NCBI GenBank assembly: GCA_022841645.1
Contig: JALHRC010000004.1
Location: 4,078 to 68,077 of the forward strand
Direction: 5' to 3'
Origin: Minisyncoccota bacterium
GTDB taxonomy: Bacteria; Patescibacteriota; Minisyncoccia; Phycocordibacterales; UBA918
Length of the DNA: 64,000 nt
Shown one piece after another: positions 9,965-20,028 of this stretch; within the stretch, counting starts at the first letter, position 1, and each line of letters opens with the position of its first letter. Position numbers and translations under genes: made by a program. Below the pieces are notes generated by a model that did no database searches, was not told where the DNA came from, and saw only the letters and a program-made list of their open reading frames with translations.

Positions 9965-11203
9965 TTAGGTCAGTGCAATCAGTGCCACTTGCTTCTTGCC
10001 CCGACGGATATGCACCACCTCTCCGTGTGTCTCACGATCAAAAGCCACTTCGAGGTCGGTTACTCGCTCTCCATTTAAGGCAATGGCTCCACTTTCAATA
10101 AAGGTTCGGGCTTCACGCTTACTTTGCGCGAGTCCCGAGGTTACGAGCGCCTCAACAAGTGGAGTGCCCGACGGCACAGTAGTCACAGGCGCGTTCTGTA
10201 GTAGGAGCGCCTTTTCTTCGCTTGAGAGACTACTGAGTGTCGCCACCCCAAAAAGCACGTCGGACACCGCACTGGCCTGGGCAGCTGGCCCCTCACCATG
10301 CACGAGCGTTGTTACCGCCTCGGCCAAGCGTCGCTGGGCCGTCCGCTCTTCAGGCGCTTTATAATGGTAGGTAATGATGTCATCGATCTCTGCAAGCGGC
10401 AACAACGTAAACAACTTGAGGTAATCGAGGACGTTTTCGTCCGCGACGTTGTACCAAAATTGATAGAAGGCATAGGGCGATGTTTTCTCTTCATTAAGCC
10501 ACACCGCATTACCTTCACTTTTACCGAACTTTTTGCCGGTAACTTTGTCGATGATGAGGGGGACAGTGAGAGCGTGAACAGCCTTGCTTTCAAGACGGCG
10601 CACTAGATCAACTCCGGCCACCATATTTCCCCATTGATCAGAGCCACCGACCTGGAGGGTGCAGCCGTGCGTGCGGTAAAGCGTGAGGTAGTCGTAGGCT
10701 TGGAGAAGTGGGTAGGCAAATTCGGTATAGGAAAGGCCTATTTCACTCTGGAGCCTCGTCGCTATCGCGTCTTTCTTTATAAGTTCGTTGACCGTGAAGT
10801 GCTTGCCGATATCACGCAAAAAGGTAATGAGGTCGAGGTTATGGAGCCAGTCGTAGTTATCAACAAACTCTACCGCTCCCCCCAATATGCGCTCTGCCTG
10901 AGCGCGCAGCTTTACGACCCGCGCCGCCACTTCTTCACGGCTTGTGAGCACGCGCTCGATCTCTGGCTTGGGGTCACCAATCATCCCGGTGCCTCCCCCT
11001 ATCAAAAAGACGACTCGGTGCCCCGCCTGTGACAGGTGCCGCAGGAGCACCCAATTAACAAAATTACCCGCATGGGCCGAGTCGTCGGTCGGATCAATCC
11101 CGTGGTAGACCACGAGCGGCGGACCATCCAGCACCTCGGCTGGATTATCGGCCGTACAATGCTGGATAAAGCCTCGGGCGGCTAGTTCGGTAGCAAGCGA
11201 CAT
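9965..11203 (-). CDS. tyrS: Tyrosine--tRNA ligase
   Basis: GIDPT..SAHAGN, GGSDQWGN, KFGKS and C-terminal S4 domain. Confidence 0.97.
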   Translation of the reverse strand: MSLATELAARGFIQHCTADNPAEVLDGPPLVVYHGIDPTDDSAHAGNFVNWVLLRHLSQAGHRVVFLIGGGTGMIGDPKPEIERVLTSREEVAARVVKLRAQAERILGGAVEFVDNYDWLHNLDLITFLRDIGKHFTVNELIKKDAIATRLQSEIGLSYTEFAYPLLQAYDYLTLYRTHGCTLQVGGSDQWGNMVAGVDLVRRLESKAVHALTVPLIIDKVTGKKFGKSEGNAVWLNEEKTSPYAFYQFWYNVADENVLDYLKLFTLLPLAEIDDIITYHYKAPEERTAQRRLAEAVTTLVHGEGPAAQASAVSDVLFGVATLSSLSSEEKALLLQNAPVTTVPSGTPLVEALVTSGLAQSKREARTFIESGAIALNGERVTDLEVAFDRETHGEVVHIRRGKKQVALIALT

Positions 11204-11277
11204 GAAATAACTCTAGCACAGATGCGTACTCATACGACTAGACAATTTGTGCTACCATGGGCTATACGGTAAGAGCT

Positions 11278-13554
11278 ATGACCCGAGTAAAAAAGTGGGT
11301 GCGGAGCCTTAAACGGCTGCCAATGAAAGAGATTCTTATCGATATCAGTATCGTGCTATTTGCCGTGGGAGTACTCGGTACAGCCGGCCTACTGATCTGG
11401 ATTTCAACTCTCGACATTCCCGACCTTTCCGCTTTCGAAGAGCGGCGAGTACTCCAGTCCACCAAGCTCTACGACCGGACCGGCGAAATTCTCCTCTACG
11501 ACCTTGGTAAGGACGTACGACGCACGGTGGTTCCTATTGATGCCATTTCCCACCACCTTAAAAACGCGACCATCGCTATCGAAGACGACCAGTTTTACAA
11601 CCACTTTGGCGTACAACCAAAAGCCATTCTCCGCGCCGGCTGGGCCAACTTTACCGACGGTGACCTCCTCGGTGGCCAGGGTGGTTCAACTATCACGCAG
11701 CAGGTAATAAAGAACTCCGTTCTCCAGCGCGACAAAACGCTCACGCGAAAAATTAAAGAAGCCATTCTCGCCATCAAGCTTGAGCGGGTGCTTTCTAAAG
11801 ACGAAATTCTTTCAATTTACCTCAACGAATCACCCTATGGCGGCACCATTTACGGTGTAGAGGAGGCAGCGCAGGCATTTTTTGGCAAGAAAGCCACCGA
11901 CCTAACTCTTAACGAGGCAGCATACCTCGCTGCCCTTCCCCAGGCCCCCACCTATCTCTCCCCTTATGGAAACAATCGCGAGCGACTCGATGCGCGGCAA
12001 CGACTCGTCCTTGAGCGGATGAAGATAAACGATTTTATTACCGAAGAGGAATATAACGCCGCCATTTCCACCACCACAGAATTCTTGCCCCAAGCAGTGT
12101 CTGGTATTCGTGCACCCCACTTTGTCATGTACGTACGTGAGCAGCTCGTCGAAAAATTTGGCGAGGAGGCACTCTCTGAGCGCGGACTACGTGTCATCAC
12201 GACACTCGACGCTGAGCTGCAAGAGGAAGCTGAGCGAATTGTGGCTGAGCATGGTGCGACCAACGTCGAGCGCTTCAAGGCTGATAACGCTGGCATGGTA
12301 GCCACCGACCCACAAACCGGTGACCTCCTCGTTATGGTGGGATCGCGTGACTATTTTAGTGAGGAGATCGACGGTAACTTCAATATTACAACCGCCGATC
12401 GACAACCAGGCTCTGCCATCAAGCCTTTTATCTACGCGGCTGCATTTAGTAAAGGCTACTTACCAGACACCACTGTTTTTGATCTGCGCACACAGTTTTC
12501 TCCTAGCTGTCCACCCGATAGTCAGAGTTCAGAATCTCCCTGTTATTCACCCAACAACTACAACAATAAATTCCTCGGCCCTATTAATTTGCGCAATGCC
12601 CTCGCTCAGTCACTCAATATCCCAGCGGTAAAGGTATTGTATCTGGCTGGACTACGTGATTCACTGAAGCTCGCAGCTGACATGGGTCTCACCACCCTCA
12701 ACGACCCCGATCGTTACGGACTAACGCTTGTTCTCGGTGGTGGCGAAGTTAAGTTGGTCGACATGACCTATGCCTACGGTGTCTTTGCAAACGAAGGGGT
12801 GCGTGTAAAACCGCGTACTATTTTACGCATCGAAGACAGCCGTGGTCTGATTGTCGAAGAAGCACCCATTGAAGAGACGCGAGTACTTGATCGCAACGTT
12901 ACCCTCATGATTAGTGACGTTCTTTCCGACAACGTCGCTCGTACACCACTATGGGGAGCCAACTCACTGGTTAACTTTCCCAATCGTTCGGTAGCCTCTA
13001 AAACCGGTAGCACTAACAATCTCCGCGACGCTTGGCTTATGGGGTATGCGCCCAATCTCGCCGTTGGTACCTGGGTAGGTAACAACGATAACTCACCGAT
13101 GGGTGGTGGTCTTTCGGGTCTCATCGTCACCCCGATGTGGCGTGACTTTATGGATTTTGCCTTGGAGCGACGCGATGAGCAAAGCTTTGCTCAACCCGAA
13201 GTTAATTTGAGTAACGTAAAACCCGTGCTGCGTGGCGACTACATCGACCTCACCCAATTGCAGGTAGCTGCCTCGAGCTCCAATGCCACCGCGGTGTCTC
13301 TCATCTACGACAACATCCACACCATTCTCCACTACGTTAATAAAAACGACCCACAAGGACCCTACCCAACGAATCCAGGAAACGACCCACAATATGAGAA
13401 TTGGGAATGGGCAGTGACACGCTGGAAGGAAGAAGCGCTTGGTCCGATAGTCGCAGCTGCCGCCGCGGCAGCTGCGGCCGAGGCCGATCTTGAGGAAGAA
13501 GAGGAGGAGGCAGAGGACGAAGAGGACACTCCACGTCGGCGCCCACGACGATAG
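11278..13554 (+). CDS. Class A penicillin-binding protein (transglycosylase/transpeptidase)
   Basis: TM anchor, EDDQFY, QGGSTITQQ, RKIKE, QPGSAIK, SLN and KTGS; alternative start 11257. Confidence 0.95.
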   Translation: MTRVKKWVRSLKRLPMKEILIDISIVLFAVGVLGTAGLLIWISTLDIPDLSAFEERRVLQSTKLYDRTGEILLYDLGKDVRRTVVPIDAISHHLKNATIAIEDDQFYNHFGVQPKAILRAGWANFTDGDLLGGQGGSTITQQVIKNSVLQRDKTLTRKIKEAILAIKLERVLSKDEILSIYLNESPYGGTIYGVEEAAQAFFGKKATDLTLNEAAYLAALPQAPTYLSPYGNNRERLDARQRLVLERMKINDFITEEEYNAAISTTTEFLPQAVSGIRAPHFVMYVREQLVEKFGEEALSERGLRVITTLDAELQEEAERIVAEHGATNVERFKADNAGMVATDPQTGDLLVMVGSRDYFSEEIDGNFNITTADRQPGSAIKPFIYAAAFSKGYLPDTTVFDLRTQFSPSCPPDSQSSESPCYSPNNYNNKFLGPINLRNALAQSLNIPAVKVLYLAGLRDSLKLAADMGLTTLNDPDRYGLTLVLGGGEVKLVDMTYAYGVFANEGVRVKPRTILRIEDSRGLIVEEAPIEETRVLDRNVTLMISDVLSDNVARTPLWGANSLVNFPNRSVASKTGSTNNLRDAWLMGYAPNLAVGTWVGNNDNSPMGGGLSGLIVTPMWRDFMDFALERRDEQSFAQPEVNLSNVKPVLRGDYIDLTQLQVAASSSNATAVSLIYDNIHTILHYVNKNDPQGPYPTNPGNDPQYENWEWAVTRWKEEALGPIVAAAAAAAAAEADLEEEEEEAEDEEDTPRRRPRR

Positions 13555-13557
13555 CCT

Positions 13558-13854
13558 TTAAAGAAGGGTGGTGGGACTTTCGTTCGTTCCTAGACGATCT
13601 TTAATGGCCGACAGTATCTCTTCTCGGCGGAGTAGTATTTCGCTCCGGAGCGCCGCCGGTGCTTTTATATAAATAGCTCGAGTGGATGGGGTGTACGCGA
13701 AATACTCGACCCGAACCGGAAAGGGTACCAGTTCCTCCACTACCCGGCAGACCTCTTTTTCTACTGATTTCTGTGGTGGTTTAAGGAGTGTCGCATATTT
13801 AGAGAATAGCGAGCTTACCTTCATGAGCTCCCCTCGTCGCTTGGCCATGATCAC
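13558..13854 (-). CDS. DciA/DUF721-like protein
   Basis: 98 aa overlapping the dnaN stop; pattern IYIKAPAALRSEILLRREEIL resembles DciA. Confidence 0.55.
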   Translation of the reverse strand: MIMAKRRGELMKVSSLFSKYATLLKPPQKSVEKEVCRVVEELVPFPVRVEYFAYTPSTRAIYIKAPAALRSEILLRREEILSAIKDRLGTNESPTTLL

Positions 13855-14945
13855 TTATTCATCGGCATTACCAAATATCGCAGTGAGCTATCGCTGCCGC
13901 CGCTCATAACCAGTGGTCGACCAATACCAGCAAATTTCATCGTTAGACTTTCATCGGACATGTGCGGTAATGGCTCTACTACGTATTGCTGATTAAAATT
14001 GAGTCGTAGTTCTTCACCTGTCACTTGGGCTTTTAGAGTATCGGTAGTGTGTCCCACATCATTGTTGGTAGCTGAGACAGTGAGGTGCCCTTCGGTAATC
14101 GTAACGGTTACTTGGAGGAATTTATTGAGAAACACGTTCGTCTTTTTGAGAGCTTTCTGAAGATCATCCTTAAGTACCACCACCGTCGTAACATATTCTT
14201 TCGGAATAATCTGCTCATAATCAGGAAACGACCCCGTAACGAGACGTGACGTGATATAGACTCCAGAACTGAAAGCGAGGCTACACTGGTTTTCGGTAAT
14301 TAGGAGCGTTGGTGAGCCTCCTACGAGCTCACAAACCCGTGCGAGTTCAAGAGCGTTGCGGTGAGGCACTAAAAACGAATGATCAAGTGCAACGCCTTTT
14401 TGGGGAACGGTTTTTTCCATCAAACGAAATGAGTCGGTCGCCACAAACGTGAGTGAATGCTCACGTTTTTGCTGTACAAACACGCTCCCCAGCTCTGGCT
14501 TTATTGATGTGTGTGAAGCCGCGAGCGCTACTGTCTTGATACCAAACGCAAACATCTCAGCATTTACCACTACCCCCGTGCTCGTCACTCGCGCAATCGT
14601 GGGAAATTCGTCGTGGGGAATAGCTTTGATTGAAGTTTCTGTGTGAGCCCCTTCGATAGTCACCACTCCCTCATCTACTCGCAATACCACTTCTCCAGTG
14701 GCCAAAAACTGTACCGTCTGAAGGAGGGTCTGCGCCGGCACCGCTACCACCCCCACTTCCTCAACCTTTCCCTCAAGAATAATTTCGACACTAATCTCGA
14801 GGTTGGTGGCACGAAGAATAATTTGGTCCTTCGTTACTTCTATCAGCACACACTGCAGTACGGGCAGCGTGACGTGTTTGGTACTTATGCGACTAACGAT
14901 CTCGAGTGCGCTTAGCAGTTTCTGGTGGGGAGTAGTTATTTTCAT
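13851..14945 (-). CDS. dnaN: DNA polymerase III beta sliding clamp
   Basis: ATNLEI, VATDSFRL, GSFPDYEQIIP and LVMPM; downstream of dnaA. Confidence 0.97.
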   Translation of the reverse strand: MKITTPHQKLLSALEIVSRISTKHVTLPVLQCVLIEVTKDQIILRATNLEISVEIILEGKVEEVGVVAVPAQTLLQTVQFLATGEVVLRVDEGVVTIEGAHTETSIKAIPHDEFPTIARVTSTGVVVNAEMFAFGIKTVALAASHTSIKPELGSVFVQQKREHSLTFVATDSFRLMEKTVPQKGVALDHSFLVPHRNALELARVCELVGGSPTLLITENQCSLAFSSGVYITSRLVTGSFPDYEQIIPKEYVTTVVVLKDDLQKALKKTNVFLNKFLQVTVTITEGHLTVSATNNDVGHTTDTLKAQVTGEELRLNFNQQYVVEPLPHMSDESLTMKFAGIGRPLVMSGGSDSSLRYLVMPMNK

Positions 14946-15230
14946 TATCAACATTTTACTCCTTATTATTAGTGCTGTGGAAGTGTGCACAACTGAAATC
15001 CATGTTGTACTTCAAGGATCTTTTTTTGGGTCATTCTTGTGTGTAATAGGTAACAGGGTGTGTTTAGCTGGGGACGGTGTTGTTTATAAGTGGAATGGAT
15101 TATTCCGTGGGGAAAAACTGCCTGGTTATACTCCTCCCTTAAGTTACTGTACGTGGTTTTGTGGGGTGCTTATCGGGTGGCTTACACAACGTTTTCCCCA
15201 GTGTTTTTGACAGTCTCGTCGCGCTGATAA
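14946..15230. other. Probable oriC segment (dnaA-dnaN intergenic)
   Basis: Degenerate DnaA boxes (TTATCAACA 14945, TGTGCACAA 14984, TGTTTATAA 15081, TGGGGAAAA 15108, TTTTCCCCA 15192); T-rich; canonical location. Confidence 0.7.
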
Positions 15231-15264
15231 AAACAAAACCCTCTCTTTTGAGAGGGTTTTGTTT
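15231..15264 (-). terminator. Terminator after dnaA
   Basis: AAACAAAACCCTCTC-TTTT-GAGAGGGTTTTGTTT hairpin. Confidence 0.8.
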
Positions 15265-16648
15265 ATTTGAGTAGAAGACGAATTTGGGTGATCTCTTCTT
15301 CTAATTCGGGGTTGTCCTTGATTTCTCCCTTTATTTTTTCGCAGGAGTGGATGACAGTGGTGTGATCGCGTCCGCCCAGCTTCTTGCCGATGGCGGGATA
15401 GGATACTTGGAAGTCCTCGCGCAGGATGTACATAATGATCTGTCGGGGGCGGACGACTTCCTTGCGGCGGGTCTTTTCGTAAATACTAGCCTGATCAATG
15501 TCGTAATAGCGGGCTACCTTATCGACAACGTCTGAAATAGCCAAGGTTTTTCGTGGTCGGGAGTTGTTTTTAATGATCGACTTTACTTCATCAAGGGCGA
15601 GCGTGCGGCCAAGCAGCTGAGTCTGACACATGATGGTGTTGAGAGCTCCTTCAAGTTCGCGAATGTTTCCTTCAATCGTGTGAGCGAGGTGCTCAACCAC
15701 GTCATCAGATAAGGTAATACTGTTTTGGGCCGCCTTGGCACGCAAAATTGCTACCCGTGACTCGGGATCGGGACTCGGAATGTCAACAATCATTCCTTGG
15801 ACAAAACGTGACCGCACGCGCTCCTCGAGGCCTTGGAGCAAAGCGGGGTGTTGATCGCTTGAAAAAACGATCTGCTTATTGGTGTCGTGGAGTGTGTTGA
15901 AGAGGTGAAAGAGTTCCTCTTGCGTCTTTTCTTTGGTAGCCAAAAACTGCACGTCGTCCATGATAAGTACATCGTACTGACGGTATTTATCCTTAAAACT
16001 ATTGGCAGTACCACTCTGCAGCGAGTTCATATAATCAACCGCAAAGCGCTCGCTCGTAACGTAGAAGACCTTTTTCCCGGTCTTTTTGATTTGGTTCCCT
16101 ACCGCTTGAATCAGGTGAGTTTTGCCGTGACCGGTCTTGCCATAAATAAAGAGCGGGTTGTAGGCAATACCAGGGCGTTCGGTAACTGTTTTGGCAGCAG
16201 CGTGTGCTAGGGCATTGTACGGCCCTACGACAAAGGTTTCAAAGGAGTAGCGGGGGTTTAGATTGTCGCTTTTATTGATGTAGTACTCCTCAAGGGGCAG
16301 CGCAGCATTAACAGTTTGGGTTTTAGAACCCTCGTGTTTGCGTTCTGAGCGCTGTACCACAGCGTATTCAACGCTACGTACAAAGGGGGAGAGATCACGC
16401 AGTGTCTTAAGGATCATGGAATGAAACTTATCCGACAGCCAATCGCGCACAAACACACTCGGTACTCCTACCGTCACGGTGCTGTCTTCGATAGTAACGA
16501 TGTGTGTGTCACGGAACCACGTCTTAAAGTTGGCCGGAGTGATGGCGAGTTCAATCTTTACGAGCGCATCATCCCATAACTTCTTAACATCAATATGTTC
16601 AGTGCGAACAATGCTACTAGTAGGAGTGGGATGAGAAAGTGGATTCAT
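15263..16648 (-). CDS. dnaA: Chromosomal replication initiator DnaA
   Basis: YNPLFIYGKTGHGKTHL, DDVQF, NIRELEGAL and GGRDHTTVIH. Confidence 0.98.
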   Translation of the reverse strand: MNPLSHPTPTSSIVRTEHIDVKKLWDDALVKIELAITPANFKTWFRDTHIVTIEDSTVTVGVPSVFVRDWLSDKFHSMILKTLRDLSPFVRSVEYAVVQRSERKHEGSKTQTVNAALPLEEYYINKSDNLNPRYSFETFVVGPYNALAHAAAKTVTERPGIAYNPLFIYGKTGHGKTHLIQAVGNQIKKTGKKVFYVTSERFAVDYMNSLQSGTANSFKDKYRQYDVLIMDDVQFLATKEKTQEELFHLFNTLHDTNKQIVFSSDQHPALLQGLEERVRSRFVQGMIVDIPSPDPESRVAILRAKAAQNSITLSDDVVEHLAHTIEGNIRELEGALNTIMCQTQLLGRTLALDEVKSIIKNNSRPRKTLAISDVVDKVARYYDIDQASIYEKTRRKEVVRPRQIIMYILREDFQVSYPAIGKKLGGRDHTTVIHSCEKIKGEIKDNPELEEEITQIRLLLK

Positions 16649-16741
16649 GAGTACAATATCCAGCTACAGGTACAGAGCATTATACTGGCAAGTAGTGGAC
16701 TGTAAACTCGTGCACCAATTTTAAAAAATAATGAGAGAGAT

Positions 16742-16781
16742 TTTTCAACAAAGCGTGCAACTGTGCATAACGTGTGAATAA
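16742..16781. promoter_or_regulatory. DnaA boxes upstream of dnaA
   Basis: TTTTCAACA, TGTGCATAA (16762) and TGTGAATAA (16773). Confidence 0.7.
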
Positions 16782-16995
16782 GTGGCAAGGCTCTAAGCAC
16801 TTTTGTACTGAAAAGGTAACAACGAGTGTCGTTGTGTTGTGCGCTCCACTATTTCCTCCTTTGCGACATCGTGTAGTGTTGTTTTAGACTCCGCCCCAGC
16901 AGATACGACACGGCATAGTGTTATAGAGCCCATCAGTAAATGAAGGCTTGAACTACTGGTTATTTCCTGTATAGTGTGGCAACTAACCAATAGTC

Positions 16996-17148
16996 ATGTC
17001 AAAACGAACCTATCAGCCGAAGAAGCGTAAGCGCGCCACTACCCACGGCTTTCTTGTGCGCAGTGCGACCACGAGCGGCCGCAAGATCTTGCGCGAACGC
17101 CGCCGCAAGGGCCGTGCCCAACTTACCGTTAAGAAGAAGGTCCGGTAG
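16996..17148 (+). CDS. rpmH: 50S ribosomal protein L34
   Basis: Manual translation [45 protein letters not shown]; absent from the ORF track because it is short. Confidence 0.97.
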   Translation: MSKRTYQPKKRKRATTHGFLVRSATTSGRKILRERRRKGRAQLTVKKKVR

Positions 17149-17199
17149 TTGTTTCCAAAAAAGCTCGCGAGAGCTTTTTTTGCTCTATACTGAGTAGGT

Positions 17200-17529
17200 A
17201 TGCTTCCAAAGTCGCTGCGGCTATCGCGGACAGAATTTACGCAGGTTTTTGGAGTGGGTCGACGTATTCATAGCCCCGAACTAACCTTGATTTATAAGCC
17301 CCAGGCCACCTTTAAGGCCGCTGTGGTAGTAAGCAAAAAGGTAGGTAAGCGTGCCCATGAACGGGCGACCATTCGCCGCCGTCTCTATACGGAGCTTGCC
17401 GAGGTCGCCAGGACTGGCGCCACCAGTGCTTATATTGTACTTACGAAGCCCCCGTTGGTGGCCCTAAGCCGCGCCGCTCAGCGCTCAGCCCTCCGTAGCC
17501 TCCTTGGCCGTACCACAAAAGAACGATAG
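17200..17529 (+). CDS. rnpA: Ribonuclease P protein component
   Basis: MLPK..RL, VVSKKV..RA..R..IRRR; rpmH-rnpA-yidC synteny. Confidence 0.92.
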   Translation: MLPKSLRLSRTEFTQVFGVGRRIHSPELTLIYKPQATFKAAVVVSKKVGKRAHERATIRRRLYTELAEVARTGATSAYIVLTKPPLVALSRAAQRSALRSLLGRTTKER

Positions 17530-17538
17530 AATACGCCC

Positions 17539-18267
17539 ATGTTTTCTTATCTGTGGCACACTTTCTTTTTTGATCCGGTCTATAACGGACTGGTTTTTTT
17601 TATCGATATTCTTCCCGGCGGTGACGTCGGTTTTGCCATTATTGCGCTCGTGGTGGTGGTAAAAACCATCCTCCTCCCGCTGTCCATTAAAGCGGTAAAA
17701 ACCCAGCGCATCATGCGCGAAATTGGTCCAAAGTTAAATGAAATTAAGGAAGCGCATAAGGATAACCGTGAAGAACAGGCGAAGGCGATGATGGCGGTCT
17801 ATCGTGACGCCGGCCTTAATCCGTTTGCGGGTATATTTGTGGTACTCCTTCAAATTCCCATCCTCATTGCCCTTTATTTTGCTGTTTATAGCGGTGGTGG
17901 TGTGGCGCTGCCGGCGATTAATGTTGAACTCCTGTATGGTTTTATCCCAGTGCCACAGATAGTGAATATGAACTTCCTTGGCCTCCTTGATATTACGGAG
18001 GCTAGTGTGCTCCTGGCCGTCCTTGCCGCCGCGACGCAGTTTCTCCAGGTAAAGTTTGCTATGCCACCCTTGCCTGCCCCCGAGCCAGGTAAAACCCCCG
18101 ACATGAAAGACGACATCATGCGCATGATGCAAGTGCAAATGAAATACCTCCTTCCACCACTGATTTTCTTTGTTAGTTACACCACTTCAGCGGCTATTGC
18201 GCTCTACTTTGTAGTGAGCAACCTGGTGGCAATTGTGCAGGAATTAATCATTAAGCAGCACCGGTAA
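17539..18267 (+). CDS. yidC: YidC/Oxa1 membrane protein insertase
   Basis: ILLPL, NPFAG..LLQIPILIALY and ALYFVVSNL. Confidence 0.93.
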   Translation: MFSYLWHTFFFDPVYNGLVFFIDILPGGDVGFAIIALVVVVKTILLPLSIKAVKTQRIMREIGPKLNEIKEAHKDNREEQAKAMMAVYRDAGLNPFAGIFVVLLQIPILIALYFAVYSGGGVALPAINVELLYGFIPVPQIVNMNFLGLLDITEASVLLAVLAAATQFLQVKFAMPPLPAPEPGKTPDMKDDIMRMMQVQMKYLLPPLIFFVSYTTSAAIALYFVVSNLVAIVQELIIKQHR

Positions 18268-18270
18268 ATC

Positions 18271-18810
18271 TTAAGTTGGAGGTTGAGTTGGTGTTATACA
18301 GCGCCCACCTCCAGCATTTACCTCCCATGTCCCCCCACCTCGAGCACATGCCTCAGCTCTTGGACGTTGTCCTAAAGGTATAGGGTTGCCCCGAGGTTGC
18401 TGGGGTGGTGGCGCAGGCGCAGCCACTGGTCGAATTATTGGCTGGCTCTCAAAAATGCGCAGACGGGTTAAGTTTGGGTTGATGGTCTGTAGGATGATAA
18501 ATGTTGAAACAATCAGCAGTAAACCCAAAAGCGCCCCCCAAATATCCTTCTTAGCGTCAGCTTTGCTGGTCACTATGTCAGTGAGCATCCACTTCACCCC
18601 TGCCAAAATAATCTTTATAACTGCCAGGAGGGCAGCGATGCTGATAGAAAGAAAGTAGAGTTGGTTGATATAGTCACCAAAGTTTTGGGCGGCGTTACTC
18701 ACCCCAGGAATACCTACCAGCGGCTGATACTGCAGTACGGTCGGTTGTTGCGCCAACACATCGAGTGGTACAGCAATAATGAGGACCACGACAAGTGGCA
18801 GGAGAAACAT
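18271..18810 (-). CDS. T4SS pilin-like (VirB2/TrbC-type) membrane protein
   Basis: Signal peptide; hydrophobic hairpin with AG..W...D.....AK..I..AL.GL and INPNL; start uncertain (18810/18840). Confidence 0.7.
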   Translation of the reverse strand: MFLLPLVVVLIIAVPLDVLAQQPTVLQYQPLVGIPGVSNAAQNFGDYINQLYFLSISIAALLAVIKIILAGVKWMLTDIVTSKADAKKDIWGALLGLLLIVSTFIILQTINPNLTRLRIFESQPIIRPVAAPAPPPQQPRGNPIPLGQRPRAEACARGGGTWEVNAGGGRCITPTQPPT

Positions 18811-18823
18811 CCGCCCACGTTGG

Positions 18824-20026
18824 TTATTCGTTAAGTGCATACATCCACAAAGTACCATCATAACGATTTTTAAAATAGAAGCGGTCTTCCGAAGAGTTTA
18901 TGAGAACATCAACAGCATCCACAAGACGGCCGCTATAGGCCAAGAGGTCAAGTACGTAACTTGTTTCATACGCTGTCTCAGTCACTTCTATTTTTACCAA
19001 GCTGTCACTGTCTTTAAGATCACCCCGATACCAGCTATCGGGGAAACCAAAAGCCACCTCCTGATTAGAAACGGCGCACCAGAGTGTGTCGGTAGTGAGT
19101 GCAGCAGCACACTTCTCAGGCAGAAAAACAGCTGGCACCACTCCGGTGGTTTGGCGGGCCGTATCAAATATAAGTGACTCGTACGGAACTTGGTCAAATT
19201 GACCACTGGCAGCCACTCGACTCCCAGCCAGTACTGCCGTCAGCCCGTATCCCTCTAAAGGTAACCGCTTGAGGCGACCATTAGTGAGCTCATAGAGATA
19301 GCCTTCTAGCAAGTACGATGGCTTTGGGTAGACAAGGTGTGGCCCAGACGCGGTATCACCCCACACGACCACGACGTCTCTAAATGGTAGAGTGTACAGT
19401 ATGCGCGACGCGCCTCGGGGCAAAGTCATGGCGTGGAGGGAAGTGGTCTGTCCGCGAACGGCATAGAGAAGCTCGCCACCAGTGGTCACTTGAAAATCAG
19501 TAACTGGGCCACTAAGGGTAAACTGTCGCAACGGTTCACTAGCTTCACCTAAAGTACCAATGGTGGTTGTTTTGGTAGTACCGTAGCCAGACTGAATAAC
19601 CACGTACTGCCCGTCAGCTGAAAAGTCGGCTCGAAAGGCTTCAAATACTGTCGTTCCGGAGAGTCGCTCCTCGATAGCGTTGTCTAGGTTAATCTCATAG
19701 ATGTGGCCCGTTCCCGCCTCTACGTAGCGTACTCGGGAACCAGTGCTTGTACCGGTACCTGCGGGCACTAGTTCACGGAACCCTACCACAGGACGAGTTG
19801 TGAGTTGTCGTAAACGATTGGGCGTCGAAGTGGCGGTGCTAACACCAGCACCAGTGTCAGGTGGTACTGGTGCCAGGGAATTTGTTGGTGAGCCGTCACC
19901 AAAGTTAAAATCAGTGAGAAGTTCATCAACTGATTCGGGAGTCCCAAAAAACATAACGTACGCCCACACTACAACCAAAAGAATGAGAATGATTATTGAT
20001 CCGAGTAGGATAAGTAGTCTTTTCAT
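18824..20026 (-). CDS. Membrane-anchored beta-rich (propeller-like) protein of the T4SS-like cluster
   Basis: N-terminal TM; YVEAGTGHIY and PEKC..LWCAV motifs. Confidence 0.7.
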   Translation of the reverse strand: MKRLLILLGSIIILILLVVVWAYVMFFGTPESVDELLTDFNFGDGSPTNSLAPVPPDTGAGVSTATSTPNRLRQLTTRPVVGFRELVPAGTGTSTGSRVRYVEAGTGHIYEINLDNAIEERLSGTTVFEAFRADFSADGQYVVIQSGYGTTKTTTIGTLGEASEPLRQFTLSGPVTDFQVTTGGELLYAVRGQTTSLHAMTLPRGASRILYTLPFRDVVVVWGDTASGPHLVYPKPSYLLEGYLYELTNGRLKRLPLEGYGLTAVLAGSRVAASGQFDQVPYESLIFDTARQTTGVVPAVFLPEKCAAALTTDTLWCAVSNQEVAFGFPDSWYRGDLKDSDSLVKIEVTETAYETSYVLDLLAYSGRLVDAVDVLINSSEDRFYFKNRYDGTLWMYALNE

Positions 20027-20028
20027 AC

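Noticed and set aside
14803-15210. 135-aa plus-strand ORF over the dnaN start and oriC
   Set aside because: Overlaps dnaN antisense and the DnaA-box region; no protein features.
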